From: Thraustochytrium aureum
Taxonomy: Eukaryota
Assembly: GCA_012862495.1 (NCBI GenBank)
Contig: BLSG01000280.1
Coordinates: 1 to 35,807 of the forward strand
Direction of reading: 5' to 3'
DNA length: 35,807 bases
The notes below the pieces were generated by a model. It did no database searches. It had not been told where the DNA came from and worked only from the letters and a program-made list of their open reading frames with translations. Both the position numbers and the translations under genes were made by a program. Positions 20,658-29,788 of the stretch are shown one piece after another. The first letter of the stretch is position 1. Every line of letters begins with the position of its first letter.

Positions 20658-23123
20658 ATGGGCGCGGGCGAGTCGGTGATACGCAATCAGGACAAGAGGA
20701 CGTCCAGAAGGGCCAATCGCGATGTCTTCATGGCTGCCGTGCAAGGGTTTCGCGCACGCGCTCAAAGCGCTGCCGAGCCGTTCGACCCGGAACGCAACGC
20801 GCAAGAGCAGGTCGTGCAGGTGGCAGTGAGGAAGCGGCCTATATTTAAACACGAAGAAGACCAGGACGAGTTTGACGTGGTGACCTGCTCGGGCCAAGCG
20901 TCGACGCTGACGATCCACGACGCGCGCATGGCCGCAGACATGCGCAACCGGTTCATCGACCACCACTCGTTCAAGTTCAATCACGTCTTCTCAGAGAGGG
21001 ACAGCAGCGACGAGGTGTTCGACGCGGTCGTGATGCCGCTGGTGGAGCTCACCTTGCGCGGCGGCAACGGGACGGCGCTCATGTACGGGCAGACCGGGAG
21101 CGGCAAGACGTTCACGATGATGCACTGCTACCAGCGCGCCGCCTGGGAGCTGTTCAAAGGACGGCGGCCGACCCAGGGCTTCAGGAGGCGAGCGTCTCGT
21201 TTGTCGAGCTGGCCGGCGACACCGTGCACGACGTCCTCAACAAGCACAACAAGCTCCAACTCCTGACCTGCCCGAACGGCGACGTGATGGCGTACCCGGC
21301 CGTCCAGGTCCCCGTGCGCACGCCGCAGGACCTCCATGCGTGCATCAAATTTGCTTGCTCGTTGCGCGCAACAGCAGCGACGGGCGTGCACGACGCCTCG
21401 TCTCGTTCGCACGCCATTTGCCGAATCGAGCTGCCGACCGGGAACGCCCTCACCTTGGTCGACCTCGCCGGCAGCGAGCACAGGATCGACTCTGCAGAGC
21501 ACGACGCGCAACGGCGCAAAGAGAGTGCGCAGATCAACAGCTCGCTCATGAAGCTGAAAGAATGCATCCGAGCGCGAGCGAAACGGGCCAGCTACATTCC
21601 ATATCGGCAGAGCAAGCTGACGCACCTTTTGCGGCCCTCGTTTGTGGACGAGGGGGACGCGGTGGCGCGTACCATCATTATCGCGACCGTGTCGCCCTCC
21701 TCCAAGGACACGGAGCACAGCCTCAACACAGTGCGCCACGCTTGTATCATGGACGGCCAAGACCAAGACCAGACCGAGACGCGCTGGGTGACCGGCGGGG
21801 AGACGACGCGTGAAAATCTTGCCCCAGTCGATGTGACCGCGCTTGCACGCAAAGCCAAGGCAACACGGGACGCCATCCGCCAAGGAATCGCGCAAGGCGA
21901 CGGGGGTGGCTGGGGCTCTGCCCCAGGGGCCAACCAACAGCGCGACGGTAGNNNNNNNNNNNNNNNNNNNNNNNNNNNNNNNNNNNNNNNNNNNNNNNNN
22001 NNNNNNNNNNNNNNNNNNNNNNNNNNNNNNNNNNNNNNNNNNNNNNNNNNNNNNNNNNNNNNNNNNNNNNNNNNNNNNNNNNNNNNNNNNNNNNNNNNNN
22101 NNNNNNNNNNNNNNNNNNNNNNNNNNNNNNNNNNNNNNNNNNNNNNNNNNNNNNNNNNNNNNNNNNNNNNNNNNNNNNNNNNNNNNNNNNNNNNNNCGCG
22201 TCCGCATGGGCCAGCTCAAGGCGCGAGCGATGCATGACGAGGCGCGGCTGGCCAAGGAGGCGCAAGGCGTAGAGGCCAAACGCCGCGCCGCCCAGCGCAA
22301 GCCGCCCCAGCGTGAGCCAGAGGCGGCACCCACCGCAGACGGGCCGGGCGGGTCGCGACCTGAGGCGCGCGGCAGTCCGCGTCGGGTCGGAAACCAAGTG
22401 CCGTCGCCGCCCCGAGGTGCAGAAGAGGAGCCAAAACGCTCGACCGCGCGCGCAGCGCCCCCGAACCAGCAGAGCCACAAGCCGAAGCATATGCTATCGT
22501 GGGACGAGATGAAGGCCGACATTCGCGAGAGGGTCTGGAGCGACGCGCGCATCCCCGACGACGAAAAGGAGGAGCAAATAGTCATGCTGTGCAAGACCTT
22601 GAAGTTGCAACTCGTCGAGCGGCAGAACCGCGCTTCCCAACAAGGCGAGCCCGCCGCACCAGGCTACCAGCCCGACCGATATGGTGTGCACGCTGAGCAG
22701 CAGCAAACGGTCACCGAGCAGCATGGCGCGCATCGGCAGGACAGCGCGCAGCACTTGCAGGGCGAGCAACTGCACCCCGGAGCGCCGCTGGCAGACGAGT
22801 CAGTTGACCGGCACGAGCAGGCCCGCATCGCCAGGGAGCGCATGATTGCCGATGAGCAGCGTCGCGCGCAAGAAAGGCTCGAGGCAAAGCTTCGAGCAAA
22901 CCCTGTCAGCTCTGCCCCGCTGGGAGACATTTCCGAGCTCAAGCGCCAGGTGCTGATGATTCAAAACGAAATCAGCAGCGAGGAGGACCGTATGAAGCAG
23001 TACGGGCTCAAGCAGCAGCTCGCTCGGGCCAAAGCGGCGCTCATCAAGGCTGAGCGCAAGCGCAAGGAGCGCGTCAAGAACCCGCTCGAGGCGCGTGAGG
23101 AGCGCCACGAGGCGCCAGCATAG
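20658..23123 (+). CDS. Kinesin-13-related motor protein with N-terminal myristoylation consensus and C-terminal coiled-coil tail
   Basis: ATG 20658 gives MGAGES. Motifs: VQVAVRKRP, FKFNHVF, MYGQTGSGKTFTM, then a frameshift at ~21156-21180 into VSFVELAGDTVHDVLN, SSRSHAI, LVDLAGSE, IPYRQSKLTHLLRPSF, TIIIATVSP, HSLNTVRH. Gap 21952-22196; the tail ends at TAG 23121-23123. Confidence 0.85.
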
Positions 23124-23185
23124 ACGAATCTATCTAAAGATGGGGAGTAGTGCCTATTCTTCCTGTCTTTGCTGATCTGCTTGCG

Positions 23186-26085
23186 CTACTCTAGGACAAA
23201 CTCGTCTACAAACGAAGTGAAGCGAACGCCGTACCGCTCCGGATCAATTGCCGAAATGCCATCTGCGTGCTGCGTTAGGCCCTTGAACACGCTCTCTAGC
23301 TTTTTCGAGAGGTTGAACTCTTGCAGGATGTCGATGATTCCAAGGTACAAGCGGACCTCATGCGCCACAGCGCCAGGCTGGCCGCCAACGGCGACGCGGA
23401 CAGCCGCTATGTCTTGGTGCGTCTCGCCGCCGAGCGTGTCCCACAAGGGGAGGCTCTCGGGAGCGCGAGGGTCGAGCGTCGCGTCGAACGCGGGAAGTGG
23501 CTCCAAGCACCCAGCAGGCGTCGACGACAAAGTGGAAGAAAAGCTGGACGACCGCGGGTGCCGCGGTGGCGCGAGCCTTGGCGCGGGCGAGCCGACGCGA
23601 CGAGCGCCCATCATCGGCGAGCCCCCCGGAGAGTCGTTGTCTCCAAGACAAGCTGTGGCCGAAGCGCGGCGATGAGCCAAGTGACGCAAGCCGTCCTGAG
23701 CCCTCCACTTCGGGGGGCACTTGTTGGCTTTGAGCGTGAGAAACCCGTGCAGCACAGGGCTGTCAATCCTGTTGCCGACCAGCGCCAAGATGCTCTGGAT
23801 CCAGCGTTCTAGCTCGTGCTCGCGCTTGCGCACAAAGTTGGGGTCCATGAAGCCAATCATCTGCTTCTTTGGGAGAGCCGGCAGCCGGTGCGCAGAGTTG
23901 GCGCTCTTGAGCTCCTCTTGCAAGCCTCGCTGCAGCTTTTCAAAGTCCTTGTATCGTCGAAAAATGACCCACTGACGCGCGCCGCGCGAGGGCGAGTCTG
24001 CAAAGGTCGGCGCGCCCGGGTCGGTTCGCGGGGAGCTGTTGGCGCTCGAGCATCCGCCGAGCGAGTCGCTGCGCGCAACTACGAACGTGTACACTGTGCA
24101 GTTGGAACGAAACACAGTCGAGCTCTCTCGCGATCGCTTTGCCTGGCCGTGACCGACGACCTTGATCGACTTGACCGTACCCGCCTTCCGGGATGGGGCA
24201 GCGGCTCGCGGCGCTGCATGTTGTTGCGTCGCAGGATCGCCCCTAGTTCGGACGAAACCTCGTCCTCGTCAAAGCTGTCCTCCTCGCCGGGCGCAAAGCC
24301 AGGGTACAGCCCCGAAGCCTCGGAGCAGGTGTCCGACTCGGCCCCATCCATGGTTTCTGCGTCGAACGGGATCGGCGCGTCCGTGTCTGGGCCCGTCGCA
24401 AGGTGGTCGCGCTGCTGCGACTCTGAGGTGGCGTCGCTGTCGGACGCGCCGCTAGAGCCGAGCGAAGAGATTGACGGGTCTGAGCTGGCGACGCCGAGGA
24501 GCAGGCTGTAGTCCATGAGGTTGTGCTTTTCAAGCCACTCCACGTCGAGGTGCAGCTGCCGCATGAGAACTTCCCTCCGACGCTCGCCAAGCGCAAACTT
24601 GTTGCGCAAGTTGAGGTCCTTGAGCACGCAAGGCTCGGGAGCAGACGCTGCAGGGCCTGCAGCCTGCGCGATTATTTGCGGGTTGCCAGTGCTCCCGCGC
24701 CTCGGCACGGCCGCGAGGTCTGCCCGCTGCGGGTGCTGCGCTGCAGCTTGCGTTTGGGCGCTCGTGGTTGTTGGAGTCGCGTTAACCGGCGAGCTGTTGC
24801 TCCGCGGCAGGCCTCGCGGGCTCGGCTCGAAGGTGGCGCACACTTCGGCGGACAGCTTTCGCGGTCGGCGCTTCGTAAACTCTGCCTGAGGCGACGAGGT
24901 GAAGCGGTTGTGCACCGAGCCCTTGAGGTCGTATACCTCGCGAAACTGGGCCTCGGCCTCTGCGTCGGATGCAGCCCCAAAGTTGAGGACATTGCGCATG
25001 ACGACCACAGTCACGCCTTGCGAGACCACGTCGGGGACCGCGTCGATCGAGTAGAGCCCTAGGAAGCGAGGCAGCAGCGAATGCGGGTGCGTGCGCACGA
25101 ATTCAACGTAGCTTGGCAAGATCCGCAAAAGAGTCTCGCGCTCTGAGCGGCGGACCTCCTTGACCACAAATTGCGCGTCCTGGCNNNNNNNNNNNNNNNN
25201 NNNNNNNNNNNNNNNNNNNNNNNNNNNNNNNNNNNNNNNNNNNNNNNNNNNNNNNNNNNNNNNNNNNNNNNNNNNNNNNNNNNNNNNNNNNNNNNNNNNN
25301 NNNNNNNNNNNNNNNNNNNNNNNNNNNNNNNNNNNNNNNNNNNNNNNNNNNNNNNNNNNNNNNNNNNNNNNNNNNNNNNNNNNNNNNNNNNNNNNNNNNN
25401 NNNNNNNNNNNNNNNNNNNNNNNNNNNNNNNNNNNNNNNNNNNNNNNNNNNNNNNNNNNNNNNNNTTGAAAAAGATTGCGCCGCTCTTCCCGCTGCCCTC
25501 GTGGCCGCCCTTTAGCGCTGTCTCGCCCACCGAGGCCATGAAAGCGTCGTGTGAGATGTGTTGCGTCTCGCGCAGATTGCGAAACACCACGGGGCACCAG
25601 TCCGTGAAGCGAAACTGGATGGCCTTTCCGTTTGGCAGCTCAAGGTACGGTCGATGCTCCACCTCTTGTGAAAAGTCGGTGGGCCTCGTCGAGCGCCGCG
25701 GCTGGAGCGCGTCCTGCGACAGGGCTAGCCGCATACCGTGGCTCAGCACTTGGCCAAGGTTGAGCGGAGCAGCTGGCGCCCCGCCTTGCTCCGGTGCGCT
25801 CGCGCGCCTCGCGGGGCGGCCAGTGTTGTCCAGCAGCGACGAGTTTTCGTCGCCCCTTAGCCTCTCGCTACTGGCCTTGCAGGCGCCACTTTTGGCGCTG
25901 CTACTGCTGCTGTTGTGGCCCTTTGGTTTCTGCGACGCGAGGCCCGCGCGGACGAGACGCGACTCGCGCTCTTCCTCGAGTCGGCGCCGCCTTTCGACGT
26001 TCGTCTCCTTGGCCAGCGCCGGCGCCAGGCTGTTGACGCCGCCTGCGGCCTGACGCAGCCGCTCTTCCGCAGCCTTTGAGAGCAT
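23186..26085 (-). CDS. Phosphatidylinositol-phosphate kinase (PIP5K/PIPKc family) with an internal PX domain
   Basis: FRFTDWCPVVFRNLR, GSGKSGAIFF, FVVK, SLLPRFLGLY, VVMRNV, YDLKGS, VLKDLN, MDYSLLLG. After a frameshift at CCCC 24240-24243 comes the PX domain (VYTFVV...WVIFRRYKDFEKL...LPALPKK...FVRKREHELERWIQSIL...VLHGFL), then LYLGIIDILQEFNLSKKLE...ISAIDPERYGVRF. Likely ATG 26085. Confidence 0.88.
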
Positions 26086-26637
26086 CGTTCGCGGTCTCCG
26101 CAGCCTCCTCGAGCCTCGCGTGCAGGCCCCGTCGTTGGCGGGCTTGCGAGCTGTCGCAGGTCCGCGACGCCAACCAGTTGCTTGCCAGCCGCGATGCTGT
26201 TTGGTTGGGCGTTTTGGCTGCCGCGCGGCGGCGACGAGAAGGACCGCTCGTTGCCAGCCGGTACACTCCGGCCGAACGGGAAACGCTGGTGAATGAATGG
26301 GGTCTACAAGGTTGCTGCGGAGGAGCACCCCTCACATCGGCCGTTTCCGCCGCGCTGGAGACAAGGCGGAGCAAGCTGCAAAGATCAAGTCGACGTCGAG
26401 GTTTCACCCAAACGTACACTACGCAGAGTTTGCGATGCGGCGCCGAGGCAGCGGGGAGAGGGCCGATCGCGCGCCTTGCGCCCAAGTTGGTTTGCCGCAT
26501 TTGCTCGTTGAAGTCCCCTTTTTTGGCTTTCATTTTGTTCTTTTCTGTTCATGCGCGACGACCTCGAGCTTTGCCGATGGCAGCGCTGCACGGCTGGGCG
26601 CGGCGAGCACTGGAGGGCACAAACAAACACCATTCGC

Positions 26638-26668
<31 letters not shown>

Positions 26669-26669
26669 G
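26638..26669. repeat. (TTG)n microsatellite
   Basis: About 10 perfect GTT units between the ankyrin gene 3' end and the PIPK gene start. Confidence 0.9.
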
Positions 26670-26743
26670 AACGTCGATGTAAAGGCCAGCCGAGCGAGTA
26701 GCCGCCCCCGAGATGCAGGGACGCTAGTCGGAAGCATCATGGG

Positions 26744-26820
26744 GCTCGACGCTCGCGCAACCTGTTCGGGGCGCTCAGAGCTCGACGCTCGCGCTACCTG
26801 TTCAGGGCGCTCAAAGCTCG
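26744..26820. repeat. 36-bp tandem duplication overlapping the ankyrin gene stop codon
   Basis: gctcgacgctcgcgcaacctgttcggggcgctcaga / gctcgacgctcgcgctacctgttcagggcgctcaaa / gctcg (3 mismatches between the full units). Confidence 0.85.
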
Positions 26821-27389
26821 TCTTTGTCCTCAGCGTCTGCCTTTGCGAGGTGCTCTTTGAGCAGGGCGATAGAGTTGGGGTTGCCCGAAATTGAGATAGG
26901 GCTGGCACCTTTCGGGCCTGGGAGGTCGGCCGGGACACCGGCCTCCAGAAAGACCCGCAGCGTGTCTGTATGGCGGTCCTCGCGGCCCCACAAGCACCTG
27001 TGAAAGGGCGCATACCCGTCCTTGTGGTACTCGACCGGATCCAGGCCGTACTCGATGAGAAACTTGGCAGCTTCCGCGCGGCCTTGAAAGCTCGCGCCGT
27101 GCAGCGGCGTGTACCCCTGCTCCTCGGGGATCGTCACGTCCGCACCGCGCTCCAGCAGCATCTTAATAGCCTCCACGTTGCCGCGGAGTGAGGCGTACAT
27201 GAGCAGCGTCTGGCCTCCAGGGCCGCGCTGGTCAACATTTGCGCCCGCCTCGTCCAGCGCCTTGGCGAGTTCATCCAGCTTGTTGTCCTCCACCAGCTCG
27301 AACAAGCGCTCGCTCTCGTCGTCGCCGCCGTGCACAGCGACGAGGGCGGCGACTAGCAGCACCACCACCACCACCAAAATCCTCGACAT
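26811..27389 (-). CDS. Ankyrin-repeat protein with signal peptide and C-terminal KDEL (predicted ER lumen), 192 aa
   Basis: MSRILVVVVVLLVAALVAVHG signal peptide; ANK motifs GQTLLMYAS, GYTPLHGAS, GYAPFHRC; ends ...AEDKDEL*. Confidence 0.88.
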   Translation of the reverse strand: MSRILVVVVVLLVAALVAVHGGDDESERLFELVEDNKLDELAKALDEAGANVDQRGPGGQTLLMYASLRGNVEAIKMLLERGADVTIPEEQGYTPLHGASFQGRAEAAKFLIEYGLDPVEYHKDGYAPFHRCLWGREDRHTDTLRVFLEAGVPADLPGPKGASPISISGNPNSIALLKEHLAKADAEDKDEL

Positions 27390-27554
27390 CGCAAATCCGA
27401 CCATCCCGCAACCCGCGCCCAAAAAATGCGTCCAGGCACGCCCCAGCCGCCAGCAGGCCGTCTCGAGCTGCCAGTACGAGCGCCCGCCGCCGCCGCTGCT
27501 GCCGCCGCCGCCGCCGCCGCTGCTGCTGAGGGATGCGCGTCGGACGCTGCGTCA
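27390..27554. promoter_or_regulatory. Putative bidirectional promoter/5' UTR region (165 bp) with a (GCC/GCT)n tract
   Basis: Divergent ATGs at 27389 (-) and 27555 (+); GCC/GCT triplet tract ~27485-27527. The regulatory role is inferred from gene geometry only. Confidence 0.4.
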
Positions 27555-29221
27555 ATGGAAAAAGATAGCGCCCAAGGTCGCAGATTGCTCGAAACAAATC
27601 CATGCACGAGGTGCGTCCAGACGCACATCGGAGCACAGCGCTGGCGAGCAAGCACTCTGATTGCAGGCGTCTGGCGACCTCGCGTGCGGCGTTCTGGGGC
27701 GGCGCTCGGGCTCNNNNNNNNNNNNNNNNNNNNNNNNNNNNNNNNNNNNNNNNNNNNNNNNNNNNNNNNNNNNNNNNNNNNNNNNNNNNNNNNNNNNNNN
27801 NNNNNNNNNNNNNNNNNNNNNNNNNNNNNNNNNNNNNNNNNNNNNNNNNNNNNNNNNNNNNNNNNNNNNNNNNNNNNNNNNNNNNNNNNNNNNNNNNNNN
27901 NNNNNNNNNNNNNNNNNNNNNNNNNNNNNNNNNNNNNNNNNNNNNNNNNNNNNNNNNNNNNNNNNNNNNNNNNNNNNNNNNNNNNNNNNNNNNNNNNNNN
28001 NNNNNNNNNNNNNNNNNNNNNNNNNNNNNNNNNNNNNNNNNNNNNNNNNNNNNNNNNNNNNNNNNNNNNNNNNNNNNNNNNNNNNNNNNNNNNNNNNNNN
28101 NNNNNNNNNNNNNNNNNNNNNNNNNNNNNNNNNNNNNNNNNNNNNNNNNNNNNNNNNNNNNNNNNNNNNNNNNNNNNNNNNNNNNNNATTCCGCGTCCTG
28201 GTGATCCAGGTCGTGCTGTGGGGGCTGCTGGGATGGACAGGCGCCGTCCCGGCCTGGACCATCGCCGTAAACTTTGAGAACTCTGCCCTCGCAGCCAACG
28301 CCATTGGCCTCCTGTTTGCCGTGGCCTTCTTCCTGCGCGGATGGAGCAAGCCTCTCGAGGACCAGGAGGAGTACCTGCAGACGACGACGGCGGACAAGCC
28401 GGGCAAGCCCACGGCAAGCGCGGCCGACAAGGAGATGTTTCGCAAGCGGCACGTTCTAGGACACTTTTTCCTCGGGTACGAGTTCAACCCGCGCTACGGG
28501 CTCTTTGACGTCAAGATGTTCCTGTACCTTGTCGGCGCGGTGATGCTCGAGCTCAACGTGCTCTCGGCGGCCGCGCTGCAGTACAAGCTCGACAGGGACC
28601 GGATCTCGATGGCGATGCTGGCCTACGCGCTGTGCATGAGCTGGTTTGTGGGCGAGTACATGCTTGGCGAGTACGTGCACACGTTTACGTACGACATTTT
28701 CGCGGAGCGCGTCGGGTTCAAGCTGCTGTGGGGCTGCCTCACGTTCTACCCGTTCTTTTACGCCCTGCCTGCCTCGGCGGTGGTCAAGCACGGCGTTGGC
28801 CAGGACCTTACGGGCGCGGGGCTTTGTGTTCGTGGTCGTCCTGTATCTCGCTGGCTGGGTTCTCACGCGCGGTGCCAACATGCAAAAGTTTTGGTTCAAG
28901 CGCGACCCGCGCGCCAAGACCTGCTTTGCGGGGCTTATCAATCAGGAGACTGTGCCGGGTTCCCGGATCCTGTGCAGCGGGTTTTGGGGCCTCTCGCGCC
29001 ACGTCAACTACCTGGGCGAGATCATCCAGGCCCTCGCCGTGAGCCTGCCGGGCTACTTTGTGAGCGGCTCGCTAATTCCCTTCGCGTACCCGGTCTACTA
29101 CATCTTGCTCTTTGTGCAACGCCAGATCGACGACGACGCGCTATGCGCGGCCAAGTATGGCGCAAAGTGGGACGAGTACGTCCGCCGTGTGCCGGCGCGG
29201 ATCGTGCCCTACCTCTATTAG
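27555..29221 (+). CDS. Sterol reductase, ERG4/ERG24/LBR/DHCR7 family (C-14 reductase-like)
   Basis: FFLGYEFNPR, FDVKMF, TYDIFAERVGFKLLWGCL. After a frameshift at ~28820: RGANMQKFWFK, LCSGFWGLSRHVNYLGE, PFAYPVYYILLFVQRQIDDDALCAAKYGAKWDEYVRRVPARIVPYLY*. The start at 27555 is tentative because of gap 27714-28187. Confidence 0.88.
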
Positions 29222-29253
29222 CGCGAGGTTGCGTGCCATGCACCCCGAGTCAA

Positions 29254-29284
<31 letters not shown>

Positions 29285-29311
29285 ATGGATGGATGATTGG
29301 ATGGATGGATG
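29254..29311. repeat. (TGGC)n-(TGGA)n compound tetranucleotide microsatellite
   Basis: tggctggctggc... tggatggatggatgattggatggatggatg, just downstream of the sterol reductase stop. Confidence 0.9.
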
Positions 29312-29788
29312 AGTTGTTCCCTTCAACACCACCGCCCGCATGGTTTGCCGGGCCACGAGTGAGCGAGGCGAGGCCGGCCGCGCTGAGTCGATGCGGCTTG
29401 GGCCTCACTTCCATCAGATAGGCTATTTTATAAATTGCCGTTTTTTCCGTTTACTTTTTGCCCGTTGACAAAGAACGAGCATTTGCCTCTCTCGGCAGCC
29501 GCCGTCAGAGAGGCTGTGCAGGCATTCCTGTGCACTGTTTGCCTGGTGCTAGTGGCGAGGAGATGGCGGCATTCAACGAATTGTACTCTTTCATCTGAAG
29601 TTTCAACGCGAGAAATACCAACACTGACGAATGAGCGCTCTCACGAGGAAAACGGATTCGGACCCCCAGACGCGGTTTGGCTGCGCTCGCTGCAAGCGCG
29701 GCGCAGGCGACAGCAAAGCGCGCGATCGAGGTCGCAGGTCGAATTTATCCAGGGCCAGCAACGACCGCGCGACACGGACCAGGGCAGA

